This document shows positions 1 through 9,689 of a DNA stretch of 64,000 nt, in pieces; position 1 is the first letter of the stretch, and each line of letters opens with the position of its first letter. Source of the stretch: Patescibacteria group bacterium (GTDB lineage Bacteria > Patescibacteriota > Microgenomatia > UBA8517). Under the pieces are notes generated by a model. The model did not search any database. It was not told the DNA's origin and saw only the letters and a program-made list of their open reading frames with translations. The stretch covers positions 318-64,317 of the forward strand of contig JAOAEL010000001.1 in assembly GCA_026416845.1 (NCBI GenBank). The letters are read 5' to 3'. The position numbers were made by a program, and so were the translations under genes.

Positions 1-3000
1 ATAAATTTTCAGCATCAAATAACTGCTCCTAACTCTCAGTCAAAAAATGGGGTAAATTATAATTTTGTAAATTGGTCACATGGGCAAAATCAAAATCAAT
101 TTACCATTTCAGCTCCGGCATATGATCAAGCATACACTGCCAACTATGGTGCCACAAATGTCGGGGTGACGCCCTTGTACGGATACTCTTTAGATGAGGG
201 CGCTGGAACAATCGCTCAAAGCTCCTTCACTCAAAATACTCTAAACCTTATCAACGGTCCATCGTGGATCCCAAACGCAAGATACAATGGCGGACTTTCA
301 TTCGACGGGACAAACGATAGAGCAACTGGAGGAAGCTTTACACTGCCTAGCGCATTTACCTTTATGGCATGGGTGCGTAATCCTTCAAATAATCCGTATG
401 AAACGCTAATTTCAGTAGGAGCAAATCGCGATCTTTATTTGAACAACGGACAAATAAGCTTCTATGACGGAATTAATGAAAGGGCTTTCGGTAATGCAAT
501 TAGCACAAATACATGGCATCATGTGGCAATAGTATCTACCGGATCACAAATAAGAGCTTATTTAAATGGGAATCAAGTAGGCAATACTGTTACAGCAAAT
601 TTGTCTTCTTACTCGGGAAATTTGCATCTTGGGGCTTGGCCTTATAACAATAGTTTTACAGATTTTTTGAGTGGGACACTTGATGACGTGCGAATTTACA
701 ATTTGGCTCTCACTCAAACGGAAATTCAATCCGCAATGAATTCAGCCATAGGACAAACTCAAGCTCCAACAAATCTTGCTCCTACAACACAAAACCAAAC
801 AGTAAACGCAATTAAAAATAATACAACAGTTTTCACATTAAACGCCACAGACAATGAAAACAATCCTCTAACTTATCACATTGTTACTAACACTCAAAAT
901 GGAACATTAAGTTTAAATCAAAATCAAGCAGTTTACACTCCAAATCCAAATTTTACAGGTTCTGATTCATTTGCATTTAGGGTAAATGACGGCACATATT
1001 TTAGCAATACTTCTGTTGTAACCATCAATGTTTTAAATTTGCCGTCAGGTGGTTATGCAATCAAATTTAATGGCAATGGAACAAATGATATAGATAGGAT
1101 AAAAATCCCAATAGACAATCCAGAAACTCCAGTAGATGTTGGACAAGGCGATTTCACAATTGAATGGTGGATGAAAGCCAATGACACTGACAATTTGGCA
1201 GGCAACTGCATAACGGGAAATGATGGTTGGATAAACGGCAATATAATTATCGATAGAGACGTTTATGGCAATGGCGATTATGGCGATTTTGGCGTGTCTG
1301 TATTTAATAACGGGCTTGCATTTGGGGTAAACAATGGCACGTCAGGTTCTGGAATTTGTGGAAACACAAAAGTAGATGATGGTAATTGGCACCATATAGC
1401 TGTTACAAGAAACGCATCAACAGGACAAATTAGAATTTTTGTAGATGGAGTTTTAGATGCTCAAGGCACCGGCCCAACAGGTAATATTTCCTACAGAAAC
1501 GGTAGAACAACTAACTATCCTAATGATAGGTTTCTGGTACTGGGAGCAGAAAAACATGACGCAGGTCCTCAGTATCCTTCGTATAATGGTGAAATTGATG
1601 AGCTTAGAATATCGAATAACATAAGATATGTGTCAAACTTTCAAAGACCAATCTCCCCATTTGCGTCTGATTCAAACACTTTAGCTTTATACAATTTTAA
1701 TGAAGGAAGCGGTACTACCGTATATGATTCTAACCAAAACGGCACAAAAACAAATGGACAAATATTTTATGGTGGGAACCCGGCAGGCCCAATTTATGTG
1801 GTTTCAAGCATACCATTCAACGAATCTGGAAATATGAATACACCACCCATAGCAAATGATGATAATGTTGAAACTAATGAAGACACACCAGTAACTATTT
1901 CTGTTTTAAATAATGACACAGATCCTGATGGTAACAATCTTACAGTAACAAATGTAGCCAACGTGTCAGGAGGAACAGTTTCAATTAACTCAAACAGCAC
2001 TATTAATTTTGTGCCTCAATTAAACTTTAATGGCATAGCGCAATTTACATATACAATTTCAGACGGCCAAGGTGGAACTGATAGTGCAAACGTGAATATC
2101 GCAGTGCTACCTGTAAACGACGCTCCAAACGCAATAAATGATAGCGCCACAACAGTGAAAAATAGTCCCATAACAATAAACGTTCTGACAAACGATACTG
2201 ATATAGAAAATGACACCTTATCAGTATTTAGCGTTACAAATCCTTCCAATGGGCAAGCTGTGATAAATCAAGACAACACCATAACCTACACTCCAAACAA
2301 CTCATATGTAGGAAGCGATAGTTTTAACTATACAATCACAGATGGGAATGGCGGTTTTGGAACAGCAACAGTTAGCATAACAATAAACAACATAAATCAA
2401 GCGCCTGTTGCAAACAGCGATTTCATTACTACTAACGAAGATACACAAGTAGTTATAAACGTTCTTGCAAATGACTTTGACCCTGATGGTGATTCATTAA
2501 CAATAAGTATTTTTCAACAGCCACTAAATGGAACCGCAGTAGTTAATCAAATGAATCGGGTTGTTTATACTCCAAACATGAATTACAATGGAAACGATAG
2601 TTTTATTTACCAAGTCTCAGACGGTCAAAACGGTTTTGCATCAGCAACCGTAAGTTTGACAATTACACCTGTCAATGATCCACCAATCGCAAACAATCAA
2701 TCAATCACCACACAACAAAACACACCAGTAAATGTTAACTTATCAGCAACTGATGTAGACAACAATACACTTACTTTTACTATAATTGCTTCTCCCAGAA
2801 ACGGATCATTAACAGGATCCGCTCCTAATTTGACTTATACCCCAAACAATAATTTTAGTGGAAATGATTCTTTCACTTTTGTAGCCAACGATGGAATTGC
2901 AAATAGCAACACAGCGACTGTTTCAATTACAGTGCTTCCTAGCTACACGCCATATTCACTTTCATTTGACGGAAACGACTTTGCAAGATTTACAGATATT

Positions 3001-3627
3001 CCACTTTCCCAACAATACACATACGAAGCATGGATTTTCAGAAATCAAGATACCGGCAGTTATGAAACTTTCTTGTCTGATGCAAATAGTAACTACACTC
3101 AAGCTATGTTTGTTTTGTATGTAGACGGCGGTAATCGTGACTGTTCGGGAGCACCTGATCAGTTTGCTTACTACCAAACAGGAAGTAATAGTCTTCAATG
3201 CTCTGGCGTAACAATACAAGTTGGTCAATGGTATCACTTAGCAGTAACAAGAGATAGCGCAAATACTAGAAGGATGTTTGTAAATGGAAATCTAGTAAGT
3301 ACACAGACAAACTCTCCTAACACAACAAATAGTTCCGGTCGTGTTAACATAGGACGCGCTGGGGACAATAATAGTGAGTATTTTAGAGGCATGATAGATG
3401 CGGTAAGAATATCAAATGTAGCAAGATATACTGCAAATTTTGTCCCATCAACTTCAAATTTTCCAATAATACCTAATACAGTTGCTCTTTATCACTTAGA
3501 TGCAGGGACAGGACAAACACTTGTAGATTCTTCGGGTAACAATAGAAATGGCACACGCGGCGCATCCACAGCAACAGAAGCTTCAGATCCTACTTGGGTA
3601 AATCAGAGTCCAATAACTTCAAATTAA
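1..3627 (+). CDS. Giant secreted/surface protein (5'-truncated by window edge): three LamG/concanavalin-A-like lectin domains plus about five cadherin-like/VCBS-type tandem repeats
   Basis: Frame 1 is open from nt 1, with no stop before the listed GTG at 166, so the gene starts upstream of the window. LamG hallmarks recur three times (WHHVAIV...IRAYLNG...LDDVRIYN, WHHIAVTRN...IDELRISN, WYHLAVTRD...IDAVRISN). Roughly 95-aa repeats of the form (PIANDD...TNEDTPVTISVLNNDTDPDGNNLTV) are typical of cadherin-like/VCBS adhesin modules. Confidence 0.7.
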   Translation: MNFQHQITAPNSQSKNGVNYNFVNWSHGQNQNQFTISAPAYDQAYTANYGATNVGVTPLYGYSLDEGAGTIAQSSFTQNTLNLINGPSWIPNARYNGGLSFDGTNDRATGGSFTLPSAFTFMAWVRNPSNNPYETLISVGANRDLYLNNGQISFYDGINERAFGNAISTNTWHHVAIVSTGSQIRAYLNGNQVGNTVTANLSSYSGNLHLGAWPYNNSFTDFLSGTLDDVRIYNLALTQTEIQSAMNSAIGQTQAPTNLAPTTQNQTVNAIKNNTTVFTLNATDNENNPLTYHIVTNTQNGTLSLNQNQAVYTPNPNFTGSDSFAFRVNDGTYFSNTSVVTINVLNLPSGGYAIKFNGNGTNDIDRIKIPIDNPETPVDVGQGDFTIEWWMKANDTDNLAGNCITGNDGWINGNIIIDRDVYGNGDYGDFGVSVFNNGLAFGVNNGTSGSGICGNTKVDDGNWHHIAVTRNASTGQIRIFVDGVLDAQGTGPTGNISYRNGRTTNYPNDRFLVLGAEKHDAGPQYPSYNGEIDELRISNNIRYVSNFQRPISPFASDSNTLALYNFNEGSGTTVYDSNQNGTKTNGQIFYGGNPAGPIYVVSSIPFNESGNMNTPPIANDDNVETNEDTPVTISVLNNDTDPDGNNLTVTNVANVSGGTVSINSNSTINFVPQLNFNGIAQFTYTISDGQGGTDSANVNIAVLPVNDAPNAINDSATTVKNSPITINVLTNDTDIENDTLSVFSVTNPSNGQAVINQDNTITYTPNNSYVGSDSFNYTITDGNGGFGTATVSITINNINQAPVANSDFITTNEDTQVVINVLANDFDPDGDSLTISIFQQPLNGTAVVNQMNRVVYTPNMNYNGNDSFIYQVSDGQNGFASATVSLTITPVNDPPIANNQSITTQQNTPVNVNLSATDVDNNTLTFTIIASPRNGSLTGSAPNLTYTPNNNFSGNDSFTFVANDGIANSNTATVSITVLPSYTPYSLSFDGNDFARFTDIPLSQQYTYEAWIFRNQDTGSYETFLSDANSNYTQAMFVLYVDGGNRDCSGAPDQFAYYQTGSNSLQCSGVTIQVGQWYHLAVTRDSANTRRMFVNGNLVSTQTNSPNTTNSSGRVNIGRAGDNNSEYFRGMIDAVRISNVARYTANFVPSTSNFPIIPNTVALYHLDAGTGQTLVDSSGNNRNGTRGASTATEASDPTWVNQSPITSN

Positions 3628-3640
3628 ACTAAAAAGATAA

Positions 3641-4000
3641 CTAAATCACTTTAATTATCTTAGTTTCAAATCTTTCATTAATTCTAACTATGCTAACAAT
3701 TTCTAATCTATATTTTTCAGGAAGATTTTGGTTTTTGTTTTGACTAACAATATATTGTTCCGCAACTTTTTGTATCGTTTTAAGTTTTCTTTTATTAACA
3801 GCATCTTCAGGATAACCATACTTGATCACACTTCTATATTTCACCTCTATAAATACTAAAACATCGGCATGCTTTGCGATAATATCTATCTCGCCAAAGT
3901 GAGTCCTGTAATTCCTGTTTAGAATTTTATAGCCTTTTTGTGCCAGATAATTTGCAACATGAGTCTCCGCTAATAAACCAGTTACCCTCTTGTTCATCAA
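3641..4000 (-). CDS. yraN: YraN/UPF0102 family endonuclease
   Basis: 119 aa. The GEIDIIA...LVFIEVKYR core is typical of the YraN (UPF0102) restriction-endonuclease-like fold. Confidence 0.65.
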   Translation of the reverse strand: MMNKRVTGLLAETHVANYLAQKGYKILNRNYRTHFGEIDIIAKHADVLVFIEVKYRSVIKYGYPEDAVNKRKLKTIQKVAEQYIVSQNKNQNLPEKYRLEIVSIVRINERFETKIIKVI

Positions 4001-4019
4001 TTAATGCTATAAAATTAAA

Positions 4020-4442
4020 TTATTTCTTGGAAGACTTTTTAGGAGATTTTTTGGCAGTTTTTTTGTTGGAAGATGCAACAGATTGGGTTTTCTTTGCAGT
4101 TTCTTTTCTGTTTGCCCGCGAATAAATTTTCTCCACCTCTTTTCTTGATTTATCACGAGTATAGTAAAGCTTCGCTCGTCGCACACCCGGCAAACCTTTT
4201 TTAACAACTTCAACTCTTTCTATAGTTGGTGTGGAAACAGGAAATATTTTTTCAATACCTATCTGAGCTTCGCCAATTCTTCTAACCGTAAAGGTTTTAT
4301 TTTCTTGCCTTCCGCGAATGGCAATCACCATACCTTCAAAAGACTGCAACCTTGTTTTTTCGCCTTCTTTTATTCTTTGGATTACTTTCACTCTATCTCC
4401 AACTCCAAAACTGGTATCATTATGAGTAGCTGTAAGCGCCAT
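4020..4442 (-). CDS. rplS: 50S ribosomal protein L19 with a roughly 40-aa Lys-rich C-terminal extension
   Basis: L19 core (GDRVKV...FEGMVIAIRGRQENKTFTVRRI...RRAKLYY) followed by a KKTAKKSPKKSSKK tail. Confidence 0.85.
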   Translation of the reverse strand: MALTATHNDTSFGVGDRVKVIQRIKEGEKTRLQSFEGMVIAIRGRQENKTFTVRRIGEAQIGIEKIFPVSTPTIERVEVVKKGLPGVRRAKLYYTRDKSRKEVEKIYSRANRKETAKKTQSVASSNKKTAKKSPKKSSKK

Positions 4443-4500
4443 AGAGCATTATTTTATATTTTTTTGCACATAGCTTCAAGAAGCATACAATTGCAATAAA

Positions 4501-7500
4501 CTAATTTGATTTATCAGCACTTTTTCTTTGATCTAAAACTAAATCTATTGCTCTGGCAACAGTTTGATCCCACGAAATCTTAATTGGCAATTCCAATGTT
4601 TTTTTTACATCTCCATCAAAAACAAGACTAACTCTTTGTTCGCCGGGATTAGCCAACAAAATTTGCTTGAGCATTTTCAAATGCTCTGTTGTGGTGCCAC
4701 GAGGTATTTTTATAAACAACTCACTTTGAGTACCTTGAGAAATTTCGTCTTTTGAGAAAGCTTCATTAACTATTACGGATCTCCCATCATCGCGTATGTC
4801 TATTCTTCCATGAATTAGAACTGGTTTGTCTTCCTCCCACAAATGCTTTTTTGCTGAGTAAACTTTAGGAAAAACCACAAGCTCAATAACACCTGTCTCA
4901 TCTTTTACTTTAACAAAAGCCATCTCTTGGTTAGTCTTTTTGGTAACAATTGTTCTAACTTCAGAGATAACTGCCGCAATTTTTATATCTGGCAAAAAAA
5001 TTTCCTGTTGTTCTTCTAACAAATCTCGTATTTTGTGAGTAGACAAAAGTGATAATGTTCCTATTATATCTGCCACCGGCTTAGCTGAAAGTGAAAAACC
5101 TAGCAAGTTGCGCTCGAAACTTTCTAATTCTGTCGCTTCAAATTCTTTACCAAACAAATAAACATCATTATAAGAAGCTTGAGAACTTTTTTCTATTTCC
5201 GCATCATCAAATAAGCCTTCCTGACTAATGTTAACAGCAAGTTTTGCATATTTGGCTCTTATCTCTTCCATTTTCTCCAACAACAAAAGCCTTGTCCCAA
5301 AATTGCTAAAAGCGCCAACTTTAATTAAACTTTCAAGAACTTTTTTATTCACTTTGCGTCCATCTACCCTAGAAAGAAAATCAGCAAAATTTTGAAACTT
5401 GCCTCTAGCTCTTTCTTGCAAAATAGCTTCCACCGCGGCTTCACCAACATTTTTAATCGCAGATAAACCAAACCTTATTCCCTTACCTTCCAAAGATTCA
5501 AAATCGTCAACTATAGTAAATCCAATCTCGCTTTCATTAACATCCGGTGGCAAAACTTTTATACCCATCCTTCTACACTCTGCTATTGCTTGAGATACTT
5601 TGTCCGTGTCCCCACTTTCGGCAGTTAGCAAAGCGCACATATACTCTACTGGAAAATTAGCCTTCATATAAGCAGTTTGATAAACAACCATCCCATAACT
5701 TGCCGCGTGCGCTTTGTTAAATCCATATGATTGAAAAGGCTCAAAAAGTTTCCACAATGTTTCAGCAAACTCAGCAGTTTGTCCATTTGCTATTATTCCT
5801 TTTTGAAATTTCTCTTTTTGCGCCGCCATTTCTTCGGGTATTTTTTTACCAACAGCTTTTCTAAATTTATCAGCTTCTTCCCATGTATAACCAGCTAAAT
5901 CTATAGCGCAAAACAATAAATCATCCTGATAAACTATAAGCCCATAGGAAGCTTTCAAAAATTTTTCCATTCTTGGGTCCAAATACTTCACTTTTGAAGG
6001 ATCGCGCTTTCTTTCTATATAATCAGGAATGACTGCCATAGGTCCCGGTCTGTAAAGCGCAATCATTGCCATTAAATCCTCTATTCTCTCAGGCTTAAGT
6101 TCCATAAGCCATTTAGTCATTCCAGAACTTCCCATTTGAAACACGCCCATTGTTTCTCCTTTCCCTAACATCTCATAAGTCTTTTTGTCATCAAGCGGAA
6201 TTTTATGCAAGTCAATTTTTATGCCTCGCATTTTCTCCACAAGCTCAATAGCCGCTCCCAAAATAGACAAATTCCTAATTCCCAAAAGGTCAAATTTAAT
6301 AAGCCCTACATCCTCGCATGCGTGCATTTCATACTGCGTAATTATTTTCTCACCATTTGGCTCATCGTTTTGGACTGGCGTAAACTCTTGTATATTAGTT
6401 GGAGCAACTACCACGCCAGCAGCATGAACTGACAAATGCCTAGCGCTACCTTCAACTTTATGGGAAAGATCAATTATCTTTTTTACATCAGCATCCGTCT
6501 CATACAAATTTTTTAACTCTTTACTCATCTCTAAAGCTTTAGGTATATCAACAGGGAAACCTTGCTTGGGTGGAGGAATTAGTTTGGAAATTTTATCGCC
6601 AAGCGCATATGGGTAACCTAAAACCCTTGCAACATCTCGAGCAGCGGCTCTAGCAAGCATCCTACCAAATGTGCATATTTGCGCAACCTTGTCTTTGCCA
6701 TACTTGTTTGTAATATAAGAAATAATCAATTCACGTTTATCATCAGCAACATCAAAATCAATATCAGGAGGAGTAGGTCTATAAGGATTAAGAAAACGTT
6801 CAAAAGGCAAATAATAAGTAATAGGGTTTACTGTAGTAATACCTAAAACATAAGACACTAAAGACCCAGCCGCAGAACCTCTTGTGTTTGTAATTATATT
6901 ATTTGCATTTGCCCAGTTCACCATATCCATCACGATCAAAAAATATGTGGAGTAACCTTTCTGGATGATAATATCAAGCTCGTAGTTTAGTCTCTCAACA
7001 ACTTCAGGAGTAACATTTTCTATTTTAGACGGCAATCTTTCGTGAGCTATTTTTCTTAAATATTCGTTAGGGTCAACACCACCCGGAACATCAAATTTCG
7101 GGAAAAACCATTTGCCTAATGTGCTAATTTCCAAATTGCATTTCTCGGCAATCTTTACAGTGTTTTCCAATGCTTCAGGCAAATCGGCAAAAAGCTCGCT
7201 CATCTCTTCTTGACTCTTGACATAAAACTCAGGAGCATCTATAAATCTGATTCTTTTTGTATCGCTAACCAATTTACCTGTAGCGACACAAACAAGCACA
7301 TCTTGAGCTTCCGCATCCTCTTTGTTAAGATAATGAGCATCATTTGTCGCAACAATAGGAATACCAAATTCTCTAGAAAGCTTTAAGACTCCCTTTTTTA
7401 TTTTTTCTTCTGCTTCAGACATTTTAAGCAAATCAAGCTTAACATCCTCGCTCATTCCTTCTTTGATATGTGTATGGCTACGATGATTTTGAACCTCCAA

Positions 7501-8016
7501 ATAATAATTATCACCAAAGACATCATAAAACCATTTTGCAATTTTTCTGGCACCTTCATAATCATCTTCTATGAGATACTGAGCAAGCTCGCTTGCTGGG
7601 CAAGCGGAAGTACAAATCAAACCCTTTGAATATTTGGACAAAAGCTCTCTGCTAATACGAGGGCGATAATAGTAGCCTTCCAAATGAGCAATAGATGAGA
7701 TTTTCATCAAATTTTTGTAGCCCTCTTCATCTTTTGCCAAAAGCAGTAAATGATGTGTTTGGTTCTTGCCTTTTTCCGGACGTTTTTTATGATCAAAAGG
7801 CGTGGTATAAGCTTCCAGTCCCACAATAGGTTTTACGTTTTCAGCTTTTGCGGTTTTGTAAAATTCTATAGCTCCATACAAAGCTCCATGATCTGTAATA
7901 GCTACAGAATCCATCCCCATTTCTTTAACCTTTTTAACAAGCTTTTTTATTTTGGTAAGCCCATCTAAAAGCGAGTATTCCGTGTGAAGATGGATATGGA
8001 CAAAATTGTTTGACAT
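4501..8016 (-). CDS. dnaE: DNA polymerase III alpha subunit
   Basis: 1171 aa. N-terminal PHP domain (HIHLHTEYSLLDG), polymerase core, and a C-terminal OB-fold region. Confidence 0.9.
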   Translation of the reverse strand: MSNNFVHIHLHTEYSLLDGLTKIKKLVKKVKEMGMDSVAITDHGALYGAIEFYKTAKAENVKPIVGLEAYTTPFDHKKRPEKGKNQTHHLLLLAKDEEGYKNLMKISSIAHLEGYYYRPRISRELLSKYSKGLICTSACPASELAQYLIEDDYEGARKIAKWFYDVFGDNYYLEVQNHRSHTHIKEGMSEDVKLDLLKMSEAEEKIKKGVLKLSREFGIPIVATNDAHYLNKEDAEAQDVLVCVATGKLVSDTKRIRFIDAPEFYVKSQEEMSELFADLPEALENTVKIAEKCNLEISTLGKWFFPKFDVPGGVDPNEYLRKIAHERLPSKIENVTPEVVERLNYELDIIIQKGYSTYFLIVMDMVNWANANNIITNTRGSAAGSLVSYVLGITTVNPITYYLPFERFLNPYRPTPPDIDFDVADDKRELIISYITNKYGKDKVAQICTFGRMLARAAARDVARVLGYPYALGDKISKLIPPPKQGFPVDIPKALEMSKELKNLYETDADVKKIIDLSHKVEGSARHLSVHAAGVVVAPTNIQEFTPVQNDEPNGEKIITQYEMHACEDVGLIKFDLLGIRNLSILGAAIELVEKMRGIKIDLHKIPLDDKKTYEMLGKGETMGVFQMGSSGMTKWLMELKPERIEDLMAMIALYRPGPMAVIPDYIERKRDPSKVKYLDPRMEKFLKASYGLIVYQDDLLFCAIDLAGYTWEEADKFRKAVGKKIPEEMAAQKEKFQKGIIANGQTAEFAETLWKLFEPFQSYGFNKAHAASYGMVVYQTAYMKANFPVEYMCALLTAESGDTDKVSQAIAECRRMGIKVLPPDVNESEIGFTIVDDFESLEGKGIRFGLSAIKNVGEAAVEAILQERARGKFQNFADFLSRVDGRKVNKKVLESLIKVGAFSNFGTRLLLLEKMEEIRAKYAKLAVNISQEGLFDDAEIEKSSQASYNDVYLFGKEFEATELESFERNLLGFSLSAKPVADIIGTLSLLSTHKIRDLLEEQQEIFLPDIKIAAVISEVRTIVTKKTNQEMAFVKVKDETGVIELVVFPKVYSAKKHLWEEDKPVLIHGRIDIRDDGRSVIVNEAFSKDEISQGTQSELFIKIPRGTTTEHLKMLKQILLANPGEQRVSLVFDGDVKKTLELPIKISWDQTVARAIDLVLDQRKSADKSN

Positions 8017-8055
8017 AATTTATAAGTATCATACCAATTAAAAAAATTTTAATCT

Positions 8056-9219
8056 ATGTCTGAACCTGAAAGCTCGTCCAAAATACAATCACCAAATATA
8101 ACAAAGCCAGAAGAACAAGTTTCTTCAATTCCGAATGTACAATTGGAAAAACGCACTAAATACTCTCAACAAGTAATTGAATATATGCAAGATTTAGGAA
8201 TAAGTGAAAAAGCAGCAAGAAAACTTGTCGCGCGAGATTTAATGATAGAACGACTAAAAAATCAAAGAGACAAGTATAAAGACATAGCATTGCATGATAC
8301 TTTGACCCGCCTAAAAAGACGAGATATAGCAATACCTGACATAGAGCGTCAAATTGATCTATTCAAAAACGGTCAAATAAATACAATAATCATCGGCATG
8401 GCAGATATAGATTATTTCAGCAGATGGAACGACCTTTTTAGAAGTCATAAACTTGGAGATCAAGGACTCATAGGATTCGCGCAAATTTTAAATGAGGTTA
8501 TGCGATCAGAAGACATGATATCCAGGTTCGGTGGTGAAGAGTTTGTTATAAGACTTTCAGTCGAAAAAAACATGACACCTGAAGAAGCTAATGAATTGGC
8601 AAGAGGAAAAGGAATTGAACTTGGCAAAAAAGTAATGCAAGAGCTACTAGACAGGGTGCTTATAGATAATATATTAGACGGACAAAGAAAAATTCCAATA
8701 GATAAATGGGATCAGAATGGAGCCAGATTACATGAACGAGAAGGAACAGTTGTATTAAGGGAGTATGCCAGAAACTTAATAGAAATGAGATCTAGAGAAA
8801 ACGGAGTCGAAGAAGTGGTCATGAAAGGAAAAGGATCAAATGAAGAAAAAGATGAATTGTGCAGAATTATCAATTCAATAGACTTAAGTTATTATGAGGA
8901 ATATTTAGCAGATGAGAGATCAATTGATGAATTTGATATAAACGATCCAAACTCAGAAGACACTAAAGCGCTTATAAGAAGGCGCGAACTTGAAAAAATG
9001 CTAGTAGATGATATTAGAAAAGTGCTTAGACAAAGTACTTGTAGTACAGGATTCTTAGTTATAACTCCACAAGATAGAAATCAAATTAAATCAGCAGAAC
9101 AACTCAAAGGAATAGCTGACAGACTTATGTATCTGGCAAAATCATCCGGCAGAAATAGAGTTGCTATACAAACAGGGATTATACAAGGAGAAGAACCAGA
9201 AATTATCTCAATACATTAA
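8056..9219 (+). CDS. GGDEF-domain protein (putative diguanylate cyclase) with a large internal insertion
   Basis: GGDEF start (HDTLTRLKRRD), A-site RFGGEEF and a C-terminal LAKSSGRNRV helix are present. About 190 aa separate GGEEF from the terminal helix, against about 50 aa in canonical GGDEF domains. Confidence 0.55.
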   Translation: MSEPESSSKIQSPNITKPEEQVSSIPNVQLEKRTKYSQQVIEYMQDLGISEKAARKLVARDLMIERLKNQRDKYKDIALHDTLTRLKRRDIAIPDIERQIDLFKNGQINTIIIGMADIDYFSRWNDLFRSHKLGDQGLIGFAQILNEVMRSEDMISRFGGEEFVIRLSVEKNMTPEEANELARGKGIELGKKVMQELLDRVLIDNILDGQRKIPIDKWDQNGARLHEREGTVVLREYARNLIEMRSRENGVEEVVMKGKGSNEEKDELCRIINSIDLSYYEEYLADERSIDEFDINDPNSEDTKALIRRRELEKMLVDDIRKVLRQSTCSTGFLVITPQDRNQIKSAEQLKGIADRLMYLAKSSGRNRVAIQTGIIQGEEPEIISIH

Positions 9220-9244
9220 ATGTAATCTACGTTTAGGTAAGTTT

Positions 9245-9682
9245 TCAATCACCCTCTTTGCGTAATTTTACAACACCTCCATTGATAGTTTTTGCATTTG
9301 AGAAAATTGTAAAAACATATTTATTTGAACCAAAAGAAATATGCAATAACCCACTAGAATCTTCTTTTAAATCTATTCCAAAAAAAGATAGTACTCTCTC
9401 AAGGTACATTTTAACTAATTGACGCAATTCATCTCCTAAAATTTCTCCACAAGGCATATTCTGCTCATCTTTTTGTAAAGACCATTCAATAGGGTCGCCA
9501 ACAGGCATTGGATTTCTGTGGATAAGTAATGACAAATCATCAGAAGGGCTTATTAAACGAAAAAAATTAGAACCATCTCTTACATATTTCTCATATTCAT
9601 CATTATCAGACCTATCAGGATCGATATTTGACAAAAACTGTGTAACGAAATTATTAAATTGTTGATCTCTTTCTCTCGTCAT
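9245..9682 (-). CDS. Hypothetical protein
   Basis: 145-aa ORF with host-like AT-rich codon usage, packed tightly between neighbouring genes. No motif recognised. Confidence 0.4.
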   Translation of the reverse strand: MTRERDQQFNNFVTQFLSNIDPDRSDNDEYEKYVRDGSNFFRLISPSDDLSLLIHRNPMPVGDPIEWSLQKDEQNMPCGEILGDELRQLVKMYLERVLSFFGIDLKEDSSGLLHISFGSNKYVFTIFSNAKTINGGVVKLRKEGD

Positions 9683-9689
9683 ACCCTAT

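Noticed and set aside
1053-3237. Several 60-90-aa ORFs (1053-1241, 1794-2000, 2016-2249, 2891-3124, 2962-3237) inside or antisense to the giant LamG/cadherin gene
   Set aside because: They are fully nested in a long ORF with clear domain content and are low-complexity translations of the opposite or shifted frame. The same reasoning rejects the many short antisense ORFs inside dnaE, clpB, copA, ileS, ftsA, murD and the glycan genes (for example the 23450-25635 series).
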